A stretch of 64,000 nt of DNA, taken from positions 124,001 through 188,000 of the forward strand of contig NW_003314347.1 in NCBI RefSeq assembly GCF_000143415.4, read 5' to 3'. A program made the position numbers and the translations under genes. Every line of letters starts with the position of its first letter. The first letter of the stretch is position 1. This document shows, piece after piece, positions 1-12,970 of the stretch. The notes under the pieces are model-generated. The model was not told where the DNA came from. It saw only the letters and a list, made by a program, of their open reading frames with translations, and searched no databases. Source of the stretch: Selaginella moellendorffii. Lineage: Eukaryota > Plantae > Lycopodiophyta.

Positions 1-2207
1 GCCGGGATCTTGACGAGGGGAAGAGGTTGCACTCCGAGATAATCAAGCGTGGCTATGGCGGAGACACCTTCCTTGGGAATCTTCTCGTTAGGATGTATGG
101 CAGCTTTGAGAGGCTAGAGGAGGCGACGTGGGTGTTTACGAGTCTTCAGGAGCGCAATGTCTTCTCGTGGAACATCCTGCTCCATGCTTTTGCCCAGTCT
201 GGGCATATGGAAGGATCGAAAGATGCTTTTGAAAAGATGCCCCTGCGCAGCATTGTGTCGTGGAACGACATGCTATGGGCGCTCGGCGAGGACTGCGCAG
301 CGATGCAGGCGAAGAATGTTTTCGACGAGATGCCTGAGAGGAACGTGATATCGTGGGCGAGCCTCGCTGCAGCATTTGCCCGTGCCGAGAAAGCCGACGA
401 GGCGGCGCTCGTTTGCGGGCAAATGCCGGGATGGAATGCCGTCGCGTGCACTACGCTGGTGGCGGCGCTGGCGCGGGCCGGGAAGCTGGACGAGTCGCGG
501 GCCATGTTTGAGGCCATGCCCGAGCGCAGCAGCGTCAGCTGGAACGTTTTCATCTCGGCCTGTGCGCTCTCCGGCCACCTCGAGCGCTGCACTGCCGTGT
601 TCGAGCGAATGCCGGCCTGGGACGTGGTCTCGTGGAACTCGCTCATGCAAGCTTACGTCGAGAATCACTGCACGGAGCAAGCCAAGGCCGTGTTTGATGC
701 AATGCCGCTCCACAACCTTGTCACCTGCAATGCGCTCATCGCGGCCTACGGCAGCCATGGGATGCCGGATGACGCCAAGCTCGTGTTTGACGGGATGCGC
801 GAGAGGGATGCATTGTCATGGGTGCTCGTCGCCAGAGCTACTGCCGCGGCTGGGAGCTTGGTCGTGTTGGAGCGGCTCCTGGACAAGATCCCGTGCCATA
901 GCCTGGTGGCTCGCAACGTCGCCCTCCATGCAGCTGCTAGGGGCGGAGATCTTCCAGGGGCCGCGAGCATGTTTGCAAGCCAGGAGCTGTGCTATCACCG
1001 GGACTTGTTCTCCTGGACGACGATGGTGATGGCGCTAGCGGAGCAGCAAAACAGTCCCAAGAATCTAGACCTGGCCAGGGAAGTTTTCACCAGGATGGCC
1101 TGCTGGGATGTCACAGCTTGGAACGCCATGCTCGCCGGCTACAGCCGTGCCGGAGACGCTCCGGGGACGAAGCTGCTCTTCGACGAGATGCCCGAGCGGG
1201 ATCTGGTGTCGTGGACGAGCCTGTTGGCGGTGTGCAGCGACGACGCCCTGAACGCGGCCATGCACAGAGTGCCTGCTCGAGACGTGGTGCTGTGGAACAT
1301 CGTGGCGGGGGCGTATGCCCAGCTCGGGCACATCGAGCAGGCGAAGGCCACCTTCGATGCCATGGACGAGCGGGACACCGTGTCGTGGAACACCATCGTT
1401 TCGGCGTATGCCCAAGCCGGGCGTAGCCGGGCATCACTCGCCACCTTCTGCGCCATGGATCTGGAAGGCGTGAAGCTCGACGATGTCAGCTACGTGAGCC
1501 TGGTCGAGGCAGTGAGCGGGAGCAGCGAGAGCAGCCTCAGCGCGATGCGTGGAGTGCACGAGATCATAGCCGGGGTGGACGATGGCCGGCTCCTGGCCCA
1601 GGTGACGAAGGTGGCGAACGCGGTGCTCAACATGTACGCCAAGCGTGGGATGCTCCAGGCCGCGAGGGAGGTGTTCGACGCCATGCAAGCGCAGGCCCGG
1701 GACGTAGTGACTTGGAGCACGCTCATCGCTGCCTATGGCTCGGCCTGTTTCACTCCAGCGGCGCTGGAGCAGACTTTGCATCTCTTTGGCACGATGCAGC
1801 TGCAAGGGATCCAGGCGGACGCCATCACTTTCGTGTCTCTCCTGGCCGCTTGCAGCCAAGCTGGGCATCTCGTCCATGCCATGGCGCTCTTCGCTGCAGT
1901 GGCAGCGAGGGATTTTGCCGGAGTTGCTGCGAGCCTGGAGCACTATGTGTGCTTGATCGATGCACTGGCTCGGGCGGGGGAGCTTTCACAGGCACACGAG
2001 CTGCTCGAGTGCATGCCTTTTGAGCCGAATGCTCTGGCGTGGCAGACGCTGCTGGGGTGTGCCAAGGATCAGCTCGATCTGTGTCGAGGCCAAGAGGCTT
2101 TCCGCCACCTTGTTCTTCTGTTTCCACCGGGAGCTCCGTCGCTGGCCTCGGCCTACACTCTCTTGTTGCAAATCTCTTTTTCTTGCAGAGAGGTCGACAC
2201 AGGATAG
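1..2207 (+). CDS. PLS-class pentatricopeptide repeat protein with C-terminal E domain, no DYW; 5' end lies outside the window
   Basis: Many PPR repeats (FDEMPERDLVSW type) and an E-domain-like end (HYVCLIDALARAG...AWQTLL). Intronless. The frame is open to the left edge (RDLDEGKRLHSE), and the listed start at 27 is TTG. Confidence 0.93.
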   Translation, partial: RDLDEGKRLHSEIIKRGYGGDTFLGNLLVRMYGSFERLEEATWVFTSLQERNVFSWNILLHAFAQSGHMEGSKDAFEKMPLRSIVSWNDMLWALGEDCAAMQAKNVFDEMPERNVISWASLAAAFARAEKADEAALVCGQMPGWNAVACTTLVAALARAGKLDESRAMFEAMPERSSVSWNVFISACALSGHLERCTAVFERMPAWDVVSWNSLMQAYVENHCTEQAKAVFDAMPLHNLVTCNALIAAYGSHGMPDDAKLVFDGMRERDALSWVLVARATAAAGSLVVLERLLDKIPCHSLVARNVALHAAARGGDLPGAASMFASQELCYHRDLFSWTTMVMALAEQQNSPKNLDLAREVFTRMACWDVTAWNAMLAGYSRAGDAPGTKLLFDEMPERDLVSWTSLLAVCSDDALNAAMHRVPARDVVLWNIVAGAYAQLGHIEQAKATFDAMDERDTVSWNTIVSAYAQAGRSRASLATFCAMDLEGVKLDDVSYVSLVEAVSGSSESSLSAMRGVHEIIAGVDDGRLLAQVTKVANAVLNMYAKRGMLQAAREVFDAMQAQARDVVTWSTLIAAYGSACFTPAALEQTLHLFGTMQLQGIQADAITFVSLLAACSQAGHLVHAMALFAAVAARDFAGVAASLEHYVCLIDALARAGELSQAHELLECMPFEPNALAWQTLLGCAKDQLDLCRGQEAFRHLVLLFPPGAPSLASAYTLLLQISFSCREVDTG

Positions 2208-2500
2208 CCGCGCAAGCTCAAGCACGGTGATTCACTCCTTTCCTAAAGTCCAAAGAATTCATTTCATGGACAAGAGATCTTAAATCTTTGATTTCAGACA
2301 AAGTTTTCTACTTCTTACATGATTTCTAGCAGTAGTAGTCTGGGAGCACCCCTTTCTCGATCATCCTCTCACTCACCTTGTCCATAATCCTCGATCAATT
2401 CCAGTCCACGCACTTCTCCAGCAGCCCGTCTCATCCATCTTTTGCACCACCTTTCTTTTGATTTGTCTTGTGAAGAAGTTTTGGTAAAGTCATTGTGGTT

Positions 2501-2573
2501 GCCGTCCTAGCTCAGCCGGTAGAGCGCGTGGCTTTTAACCACGTGGTCGTGGGTTCGATTCCCACGGACGGCG
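2501..2573 (+). tRNA. tRNA-Lys (anticodon UUU)
   Basis: Full cloverleaf: acceptor GCCGTCC/GGACGGC, D-arm GCTC/GAGC, anticodon arm CGTGG-CTTTTAA-CCACG, T-arm GTGGG-TTCGATT-CCCAC. A downstream T-run (~2609-2617) fits a Pol III terminator. Confidence 0.97.
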
Positions 2574-3934
2574 AGACATTTGTTTCTTGATTGCGACTGT
2601 ACTTAATGTTTTTTTTGCTTTTTGTAGATTTGTTGTAACCAAATCCATGCTATCATTGCCAAATGTCGCGGGGTCAAGGGACAGGACCGGCAACTTGCGG
2701 GCGTGTTGACGCCCTGTGCAGTCTCCACGTGGATGGGGGGATCTATAGAACTGTCCAGGAATCGCGGTAGCGTTTCCACGTGGAGGCATTCCAAGCAAAA
2801 AAGGTCCCTTTTGTCCGGTCAAACAGGCAGTAAGAAAATCTCGGAGTAGCAACAAGGAGAAAACGGCAAGAACATCCATCCTTGACCAGTCCAGCCTTTG
2901 ATCCTTGTTTTGGAGTTGGAGACCAGGACTCCAAAGTTTTGGATCCACGTTATAAGAGTTTGGAACCTTGCTTAGATCACGGGCTTGGAAGCTCGCTTGG
3001 ATCACGACGGTCACAACAGGCTCGACGTCGTTCTCCACCAACAATCCCAAGAAAACTGATGGGGACAATCTTGCGTCGTCGGCCTCTAGATCTCGCGAGT
3101 GATGCCAAAGAGCTCGTCCCCTTCCCGTAGATTTGTCTGCAAAGTCACGCCAAATCGCCCCCGGTCGAGTTTGCTCCATCCATTTGCAAACTTTGGAGCT
3201 ATCGGTAGCGTGCTTTGACTGGACTTGAGTTACTAGATTGCTTGAGCTTAATCCAAACGCTGGATCGATTGGTGCTACTTAGCGTGTTGATTGACCTGGT
3301 CGCAACGAGAATGAGTTGATCGGAACCATTCTTTCTCAAAGAAAAACACGACAACAACTCACTTGCAAAGTATAAGCGTTGAACGCTTCCGCCGAGAAGA
3401 ACAGTGAAAAAACTCCCAGGAACAGTGCCGAAATCCCCCGAACTTACAGCCACGAACAGCCTAAGTGAGACAAGAGCAGATCAAATGCCTCGCTAAATTC
3501 CCTTCCAAGCAATAAACCACCAAATGGATCGAAAAGAAATACCTGTGACCTGTACAGCATTGCGCTCCAAATGGTGTGAAGAATCTCCTTCGTAACAAGA
3601 AGACATACGTCGATGACATCTCTGTGAGAGCAGCACAAGCAACCTGCATTAAAAAAGAGCACGAAGGCGAAAGCAAAGAAAAATCGAAACAGTATAGAAT
3701 GGCTACGAAGAGTTTCTATTTGCAATCTACTATACCTGTGGTGAGAGTTCGGACGGCCAGGATCGGAGAAGACTGGGATATATATATATATCATAGGAAT
3801 GGGGGCAGATCCTGCACAAAGCAAACAGAGCTTGAGTTCTTACTTGTAGAGGAGAGAAGAAAAAGAGGATGCAAACTTAGCAGCTAAGAATCCAGCTAGA
3901 ATTCTCCAGCAACTTACGCAGTTTCCAGTCTGAG

Positions 3935-5308
3935 ATGTCGGAACAAAGCGTGCTATCTTTCGCTGGAGATGGAGAAGATCAAGACGCGAGCTTCCCCTTC
4001 TATAGACTCGAGACCGGGAGGCGAAAGTACCAGCAGCGGAGGCTCAAGCCACAAGCGGAGTCACTGGAAAGAGAGGCAGTGCTGAGCAGCAGCGAGAAGC
4101 TTGGTAGCAGCAGCAGGCCGAGCGGGAGAAGGAAGAAGAAGTTCGTGGGAGTGAGGCAAAGATCGTCAGGGCGCTGGGTGGCGGAGATCAAAGACACGAC
4201 GCAGAAGATCCGGCTATGGCTGGGGACTTTCGACACGGCGGAGGACGCCGCCAGAGCTTACGACGAGGCGGCTTGCATGCTCCGGGGCGTCAACACGCGC
4301 ACGAACTTCTTACCGGCGGCATCGCCCTCGAGCGGCTCAGTTCTTCCGTCCAAGGCCGCGCGGACGCTCCACCAGCGCCTGAAATCGGCCAGAGGGAAGA
4401 GCTCATCAAATCCATGCACTGTAGCTCCAAAGAAAGGGGAAGATGAAGCTCAAACCATGATTTACAGCTTTAACCAGCTCCAGTACTTTGGCGACGAGGA
4501 AGAGCTCGGCAACGTCCAGGCACAGCCACTCCATGTCCAATCCTTCACCACCTTGCTCGCCAACGATGGCTTCCCAAAGTTCTTCCACCACCAAGAGCAG
4601 CAGCGCGATCTCTTCACTGCCAAAACCACGCCAGGGATGAGCGATCACCAGGGAAGTATGGCTACCACCTTTGATGGCTTTGGAGTAGCGGCTATGGAAG
4701 TTCTTCCAGGAGCTCCTCCTCCAGGAGCCCAGGAGCTCGATCGCCGGAACTCTCCAGCCAGCTCGGATGATCTTAGCGACACTCTCTCGGGGCTGGAAGA
4801 GCTGGTCGTCCAGAGTGGCGGAGAGGGCGACTCCATCTACACGTCGCTCTTTGATCTCTCGGTGGACATGTCCATGCCTGGCAGCGATCAGTTCGAAGAG
4901 CTCTCGGCGATCACGGGCTTACCAGAGGCTCCCAGCGATCTCCAGCTCCCCCCTAGCGAGAGCGAGGAGAACATGATCCTGCGCGAGCAAATCCGGAGGC
5001 TGAATTTCGAGAGGATCTCGTCCGCGTCGCTCTACGCCATGAATGGGATCCAGGAGCTCTGCCTGATGAGATCCAGTGAGACTACGAGCAAGAATTCGAT
5101 TCCCATCACCAGCTCACCTTCTCTGTTTGGACGATCGCCGCCGTGCTGTTCTTCCAATTCTTCTTCCTTCCTGGTGGCATCGCCAGCGGCATTGTCGTCG
5201 TGCAAGATCATGCAAAGGTCGCCTGGATGGGGCGGAGCCTCGCCTGGCGCTAGCGGTGATTGCAATGCGGATGGGAGCTGGGGAGCTCACCTCTGCCGCG
5301 TCGCCTAG
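3935..5308 (+). CDS. AP2/ERF transcription factor (single AP2 domain, intronless)
   Basis: AP2 domain [44 protein letters not shown]...TRTNF in a 457-aa ORF. Confidence 0.93.
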   Translation: MSEQSVLSFAGDGEDQDASFPFYRLETGRRKYQQRRLKPQAESLEREAVLSSSEKLGSSSRPSGRRKKKFVGVRQRSSGRWVAEIKDTTQKIRLWLGTFDTAEDAARAYDEAACMLRGVNTRTNFLPAASPSSGSVLPSKAARTLHQRLKSARGKSSSNPCTVAPKKGEDEAQTMIYSFNQLQYFGDEEELGNVQAQPLHVQSFTTLLANDGFPKFFHHQEQQRDLFTAKTTPGMSDHQGSMATTFDGFGVAAMEVLPGAPPPGAQELDRRNSPASSDDLSDTLSGLEELVVQSGGEGDSIYTSLFDLSVDMSMPGSDQFEELSAITGLPEAPSDLQLPPSESEENMILREQIRRLNFERISSASLYAMNGIQELCLMRSSETTSKNSIPITSSPSLFGRSPPCCSSNSSSFLVASPAALSSCKIMQRSPGWGGASPGASGDCNADGSWGAHLCRVA

Positions 5309-5745
5309 GGCGAGGAGGATTGATCGATCGATCGAGAAAGCTTTGCCCTAGAGGATGGAATGAGAGATTTATGCACGAATTTGCTCTCGGATTGGAGAGA
5401 GCAACGAGTGCAAGTGAAGGATCAGGCAGCGAACACGCGGCATTCTCCCTGCTCGGTGGCTGATCCTCCATTCATTCAAAGCTTCCCAATAAAACCCCCA
5501 AAAGGGATTTGTTCTTGTTAGGGTTTTAGAGCATAGCGTCGATAGCGCGATGGAGCGATCGCGCCATGGAGTGCATTCTAGTGTCGCGCTCGCCCTCGCA
5601 TTTCATCTACTGGATGGAGCGCCAACGAGATCGGGACGAGGTCTGCGTGAAATCTCGGTATTGTTCCTGAAAGCGATTTCTTGGATTGATTTGCTTTGCG
5701 CGTAGAATTTCTACCGATTTCTTGTTTTGTGCGTAGAATTTCTGC

Positions 5746-8335
5746 GTGTTCTTTGGACTGCGAGGATTACGTAAAATTTCGCTGTTTCTTTGCAGGAGGG
5801 ATCGATCATGGACGCTATCGCCCATGATTGTATCCATCCATCCAAGCCATGCCAAAGCTGGGAGCGCGTGGCAAGCAATGCAGGGATCAAAACCACAAGG
5901 AATACGACAAAGCTTTTGCCGAGACTCTCAAGGTACCTATAGTCTTTACAAGCAAGTAGCGATGGAAAATCTCTCACCCATCATGGCGTGTTTGTTGCGG
6001 TGCCTTTCAGAAGATTCTCGCGGCCAAGTTTGTGGCCTTGCAGAAGGTGTCGTTCATATCAGTGATCGAGCTCGGGATACTAGCAGCTCCAGGGCTGGGG
6101 TCTGGGAGGCCGAGCGCAAGCTTCTTTCCTCCGCGTTCCATACGGTTGCAAGCTGCCTGGTAGGATGGGAGCGATCTGGCTACTTGAGCACAGGCAGCTG
6201 CAACGAGGTGATCAAGGAGCTCCTGCGTGTCATGCACACGGGTTTGCAGATCATCCCGAGCTCCTCAGGAAGCAGGAAAGGATGGAAGGTCAGGACGCTG
6301 TTTATCGAGGAAGAATTCAAATTCGTGCTCCAGCAGCTCCGGGATCTCACACACCTGGTGAGTGTTTTGCTGCTGGGAGACGAAGATCTTCCTCACGTCA
6401 GTAAATACCAGGTCAGAGTGATGGCTATGGTTTCGGTTGCTGATATCGATGGTCTACGCAGTGAGCTAGAGAATGCTGCAGCTCTGGACAAGGACGTCGT
6501 TCTAGAAAAGCTGAGCAAACGGCGAAGGGGGTACGAGGAGCTGAAAAGGATCATGCTTTGGGAAGGTGACCGAGGAAAGCTCGAGATCAACCACAGGCAA
6601 CTGGTGTTGGGAAAACTCATCGGCTCTGGCACTTTCGGACTGGTTTACGAAGCGGGTTGGCTCCATCAAATTGTTGCGGTGAAAATATTCAGGCCGGGAG
6701 ATTACAGCTTCGAGAAGGAGTTTACTGCCTTGGTAACGTTGCAACAGCATCCCAACGTTGTCAGCATCATCGGCTTCACGCGTGATGTTGAAGGCAAGCA
6801 GTGCTCAATCATCATGGAAAGGATGAGTATGGATCTGGAGAAATTTATAGGCGAGAATAAGGGGGCTGCAGGAGTTCCTCTCGTCACGGCAGTGTCGATT
6901 ATGTTGCAGATAGCGGAAGGGATGGCTTTCTTACACTCGAAGAATGTCATACACAGGGATCTCAAGCCGCGTAACATCCTTGTCAAGTACTTGGAAGTTG
7001 GGATCCTCACAAAGATCTCGGACTTTGGCACGGCCAAAACGAACTTCTCTACGTCTCAAGCTGCGAGTGCCACGGTTGGAGTTGGCACAAAGATTTACCG
7101 AGCACCAGAAGTCTTCCGCTCTGAGAACACGGACGGGAAGGCAAAGTACTCGAAGAAGGCGGATGTTTACAGCTTTGCAATCATCTGCTGTTACCTGGTG
7201 ACCGGAAGGCTGCCGTTCGAAGACATCATCGAAAGGATTGACTTTGCGATACTGGTCTGTGCTGAAAATAAGCGTCCGCAGCTACCTGTGGACTGCCCGG
7301 AGGAGCTAACAACACTTATCCGGAGCTGCTGGAACCGTAATGCCGAGGAGCGGCCAACTTTTGGAGAGATCTGTGACCGTTTGAAGCGTCTACGATCGCT
7401 TGTGCTAAGCGGAAGAAGCTTCTGGTACGAAGCCTTTGACAGCCAACTTGGAACGACCTCTCGAGTCAGGACGTTCTCACAGCCGGAAATCGCAGAGGCC
7501 TTGACGAGAAACGAGAGCAAATGGAGCGAGGGATCAGCTTACCGGGGAATACTGGTCACTGGAGAGGAGGTGGCTGTGGAAGTCTTGCCATCGGGCATTG
7601 TGGAGGCCGAGCTCAACTTCTTTTGTCGAGTCAGCCATCCAAACATCTTGAAGCTCATCGGCTATTGCAACGAGGGAGGACGATTCTCGACCGTGAGCGA
7701 GTACATCACGCAGGGAAGCCTCATTGAGCACCTCCATTTTGGTAAGAGTTTTCAACTTCTCTAGGAGTCACGCGATTTGTGTCCAGGGCACAGATACAAC
7801 AGTGTTTCACTAGACTGGACGCGAAGAATTGATACTGCTATAGGAGCTGCAAGAGGACTTTATCACTTGCATGAACTCGAGATAGTTCATGGCAACGTCC
7901 ACCCAATCACCGTGTTCTTGAGTGGAGACAACTCAGAGGGAAAGATCAAGTATCCATTGTCGTTAGAAGCGCCGCAGTACGAGGTACGTGGCTTTTAAAT
8001 CAAAGCTGTAAGCTTCTCATCGTTTTGGACAGGACTACGCTGATCCAGCCGGAGTTCTATCCACGGAGAGCGATGTGTACAGCTTTGGGGTGGTAATGCT
8101 GAGGCTAGTGACAATCCAGGCCGCGAAGCAGCTCCTCAAGAACAGCTTCACGAAGCGCGGCGTCCAACACTTCATAGAAACGCATGTGGATCCGGAGCTG
8201 CTGGTTCCAGAGCACAGGGCGAAACTCAACTGGTACCTTGAGCTGGGGATGAGGTGCTTGGCACCGGAAGTCTCCCACCGTCCTTCAATGCGTGATATCG
8301 TCCTCCTCCTGCTAGACATTCGAAAGTGGGGGTAA
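5746..8335 (+). CDS. Tandem kinase protein: helical N-terminal domain, TKL/Raf-like kinase, RLK/Pelle-type pseudokinase; true start uncertain (possible upstream exon near 5550-5640)
   Basis: Kinase 1 has GSGTFG, VAVK, HRDLKPRN, DFG and APE. Domain 2 is assembled across GT-AG introns 7742-7786 and 7984-8032 (…HLHFG|HRYN…LDWTRRIDTAIGAARGL…PQYE|DYADP…SDVYSFGVV). Confidence 0.88.
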
Positions 8336-8502
8336 GCCATGCAAACGATCTTGCTTTTTCATGTTTGCTTCTTTTCGAACAGTAATCGAGCAAATTGAAT
8401 TGATCGAAAGAGAAGTACCAATATTTCGCAGGAGCTCCAAAACTGTGACAAATTGTATAAAGAGTAAGCTGCTCACACTTCAAACCTACGAAAGCACGTC
8501 CT

Positions 8503-11263
8503 TTACAAGTCTCTATGTTTTCCATCTTTCAGGATTTGCAGTGTGTACTTCTCCTGGAGACGGGCTCGTCTCGCGCGCTTTGCCTTGACCCACGCGGGCT
8601 CCTGAAAGATTAAAACAATGTGAGCGAGAGAGCTCCATGACCAGTGGAGTACGCACCTCAGGAACAAAGCACTTGAAACCAAATTTTGCGAGTAGCAAGA
8701 GGTGTTCCATCACGAGTATAGCGGCCATCCCCGGTTCTACGTTCCATTGGCCAGCTTCGTCATATAGGCACACCAGCAGTGCACAGTTTGTACAGATAGC
8801 CACCACACCCATGTACTGCAACAACAAATATGATATCATTTAGCAGTGAGATGTGATTTCTCCGGTCACACAAACCTGAAAGATTTGGAGCCACGCTCCA
8901 ATGGATGCCGCCTCTCGTGGTCTGGGCCTTCGAAACATCAGCAAGAGTTTGATTGCGTCCGAGCGTATCTCCACCAAATTGTTCTGATAGCAAAGAGGTT
9001 TGCTTAACTATGATGAAAAGAGTGTGTTTTGAGTGAAATGACTTACGATGAGAGCAAAAACGAAGACCAAGGGAAACGAGCAAGCAAACATGGTAACCAT
9101 GCCGAACTGTAAGGCGAGTTCTAGGAAATCTGGAAAGAATTAAGGTCGTGAGTATATAGCCAAGGCAGTAAGATTTCAATAGTACCGTCAAATAGTCCAT
9201 CTTCCAGATCGTCTCCAACACTGGAACTATATTCTGGTTTCAAATATTCCTCTTCGACTGGCGAGCGTATTTTCTTGTCATCCGATTTTTTATGTTCCTC
9301 GTCATGCCTGCTTGAATGTTTAAACGCAATGCTAAGATACAAACAAACTTACTTCGTAGCTTTATGTTTCGCATACAAATACGAGAACCATGGTACCACA
9401 TTTTCAGAAATGTTGCTCATTATCTGTACACAAAAAATGTTGTTTTCACGACGTTTTTTGTTAAATCATGAAGCCATACCTGGGCGATTATCAGTCGTTG
9501 AACAAGGAAGTGCCGTAGCACAATGAAGTCTCGATGAAACAATGCATGGTAAAACAAGCCGATGTAAGACTGCATGAAATAAATCCCAAACACCTGTACA
9601 CGAGAAGAGCTTTTAAGAAGAAAAACTTAACAATGGCACCCTACCTTGTAGATGAGTCCATCTGATTCAGCCTCTTTGCTACCATAGTGCTCGGTCTTGG
9701 TAAGCTTCACTGCAATCTTCCCTCCAAGATTGGTAAACACTTGAATTCCTAAGAGATATATCACCGTTAAAAAATACCTGCAAGATGGAAGTCAAGAAAA
9801 CTTAAGAGACAGTGAGACCAGCAAAATCACCTTAGTACTTCATATGATGCCATCTTGTTCATGTGTGCGTATGCAAGCTCGAAAGGAAGTTGAACGAATA
9901 TGATTCCCACAATAACAATCCCATTATTTCTCGCACTTTTCAGCTGTTCCAGCCATTCCTTCTTCTGAAATGCCTGCTTCTGCAGCTTGTTGATATCCAT
10001 CTCATGGATTCTTCCTGCCTGTATCCCGCCCTCGTTTGTCACCGCCGCAAAATCTATGTTCTCCGCCTCCTCAGGCCCTTCGCTGCGATCTAAAGAAACT
10101 CCCCACCTGCTCAGGAGTTATCAAGCCAAGACAAGTTTAATTCCCAAACAAACCTTGTAAGCAGTGCTGCGTTTTTTCTTTTCCAAAACTGCAAGAAGAG
10201 CACTGACCAAACCACAGTCATTACAGAAAGGGCTACAGGGAGAGCAGTTCCCCATGGTCTGCAGCAAAAATTAAGTGAAACACAGCAATGCGAAGGGAAA
10301 CGAGATTACCTTGATTCCTTGTAATAAAAGAAAGCCGCCACTATAGACGGAATGACAAGCCACTGCGTATACATTCCAAGAAACGCAAAATATATAGCCA
10401 CCTGAAATTCTAAACATCATAAGACACACTTGTTTTCAAAATTGCCAATCACCTTGGCACCGAAATACGCGTGGATGGCATCTACAGGTTGCGACGTAAG
10501 CCCTTTGAAATTCATTGCCCAACCTTTCAACAATTCATTACGCGTGGTTTCATCTGAGGAAAAGCAAATGAAAGAAAATAATAAAAAAGGCAACAACTGC
10601 ATGCTAGAAACAGACCGTGAAGCACGAAGACATCCTTAACAACTTCAGAAGCCTTGAGCACTGCAAGCATGTTCTCTCCCGGTTTTAGCTCTAGCTCCGA
10701 TGATTCACCCACCGTGAACTTCACAGGATGGTCTTTCTCATTAGCCTGGAGAGAAGTGCCAGTCAAACCGCAACAGAAAGCATTAAACGATGCCATACCA
10801 CACTATACAACAGGTACTCCATGCAACTGTATTTTTCTGTCCAGGTAAACAACGAGTTGCTGATTGCTTGTCGCACAAATGCATCTCGCTTCTCCCAAAC
10901 AAATGGTACTTCTAATCCTGTAGGAAGAATAAAAGTGAGAAAAGTTTTAGCCTTTGTTCGATCGGCAAACAAACCAAGGTAAGTCGATTTCTTGATGTTG
11001 AGCTTCTCCGCTGTGCGACCAACAACCTCGATAGGTGCCGCGATCTGAAAAGCCACAAGTAAACGAAAGCAAAAGCGTATAAGAAAACTTACCTTGATGA
11101 ATCTGATCGAATCCAAGCCCTCTTCGATCTCAACGACGAGGCCACTATTCTTCAACGCCTTGATATAGCTCGCCACAGCATCGTTGTCAGACCCGGGGCT
11201 GTGCTTGCTGCTCGCGACCGCGATACAAATCTCGAAGCGCGGTGCTGCATCCGATGACTCCAT
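8503..11263 (-). CDS. Anoctamin/TMEM16-like membrane protein, multi-exon
   Basis: Exon peptides [61 protein letters not shown]|EPAWVKA. ATG at 11263, TAA at 8503-8505. Confidence 0.88.
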
Positions 11264-11479
11264 AGTGCAAAAGTGATCCACTGAGAGCTCGCGCAAGAAC
11301 AAATAAGCAGGACGTGGACGGTGGCGATTTCAGTGCCAAGTGGCAGCGTAAAGAGCCTCCACGCTGTGGCAGCGCAAACTTCTTAATATCCCCGGTGGCT
11401 GCGAACCCGCAAACTCTATCTTCTGCAACGAAAGTTTTCATCCAAAGATCGCGAAAAGGAAAAGTCAAATCCATACCTT

Positions 11480-12895
11480 GGGCCCAAGATGGATCCGAAA
11501 TCGCAAAGAAACATAAAAGAGTTGAGCTTTGGACTTTCACACTGGTGGAAACGTCAGGCTTTCCTGCAACCATCTCTAAGCTCCCAGATTTTCTCCCTTG
11601 TCCGCAATCCCAGCTCACCCCTGATCATCCCACAAACAACCTCTTCCACCCTTGCAGGAAACTTGTCACCCCTGGTTCCATCTCTCCCACGATCATCGAG
11701 TCGAATCCCAACTTTCCAGACGTCCACAATGTCCTTGCAGTTCAACCTCTGCTCGAAGAAGCACGGCCAGCAGATCATTGGGACGCCCGCACAGATGCTC
11801 TCGAGCGTCGAGTTCCATCCACAGTGCGTCAAGAACGCTGAGACCGACGAATGTCGGAGAGCTTACAGCTGAGGAGCCCAGCGAACGACGAGGCCGTGCC
11901 TGTTGGCTCTCTCGCGACGCGCCTCCTTGGATCTCTCCAAGCCGTCGAAGAGACTTTCCAGTTCTGCCACCGAGATGCTCGAGATGCTCCCAAATGAAAC
12001 GTAGAGGATCGAGCCTGTCTAGCCACTCCATGCAGACGTCCTCTTCTCCCCAGAGAGCTCCTGTGATTCCCATTTGATAGAGTCAGCCTCCAAAAACTCG
12101 GCAGGGAGTAGAGGACCTACTGGAACCAGCTGAGGAAATCCTTGCTCTCGAGCTGCTGCGATCTCGCTGCCTTCCAGAGCCTCGCACGAGTTGACGATGA
12201 TCCAGGCAGCGTTTTTGAGCCCCTGGTTGCGAAGAATGGCGGTGTCATAGCCAGTGTCATCGAAAGAGCTCTTGATGAAGTCGGGCAAGTCGGTGGGATG
12301 CAAAGGAGGAAGCCGCGGAATCTAGACAACATCGTCACTCTTCACAGTGTCTGCCAAGAAAACGTTCGAGTGAGACGAAGAACTTCCAATGGATGAAAAG
12401 CTTGCGAAGAACTGGTGGAATGGAATTTTGCTTTGCTGTGGTTGTGAGCTTACCTCGATCGATGGGGATCCTTCCAGCAGCCAAGTGCAAAGGAATACCT
12501 TGCTCCGATAGAAACGTCGCGACTGGCAGTGGATAGAATGCGAATCTCCTAGCCACTTCCTCCACCCATCCGAGGATAGAATCCGACACAATGAAGCTCA
12601 CCGGGCAAGACGACGATGGGCCAACGATCAGCTCCACGAACGGCTCCTCCATCCTCCTGGTAGCAGCGATGAATTTCGAGATGTCCTGCATGCTTCACTC
12701 CGGCAGCATCTCATCTGGAATCGTGGCGAGGTGGATGCCGATGCCGCGATCCTCTGGCGATAGCACAATGGCGCCGTGATTCTTCCTGGTGCTGACGAAT
12801 GTGACGCGGAATCCCATCGTGGACGCCAGCGCCAGGGAGAGCTGGAGCAGTGGATTGATGTGGCCCTGGCCTGGATAGGGGAGGATCACGATTGC
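11480..12895 (-). pseudogene. UDP-glycosyltransferase (family 1) pseudogene
   Basis: N-terminal ILPYPGQGHINPLLQL and part of the PSPG box ([30 protein letters not shown]), broken by a stop at 12695-12697, several frameshifts and deletions. Confidence 0.88.
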
Positions 12896-12970
12896 CCCAT
12901 CAGTTAGGGCTCTTCACATTTTCTTTCTTTCTTTTTTCTTACTTGGCAGTGAAGAACCCTAGAAAAGAGA

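Noticed and set aside
2535-3179. 214-aa minus-strand ORF
   Set aside because: Runs into the tRNA antisense and has no recognisable domain
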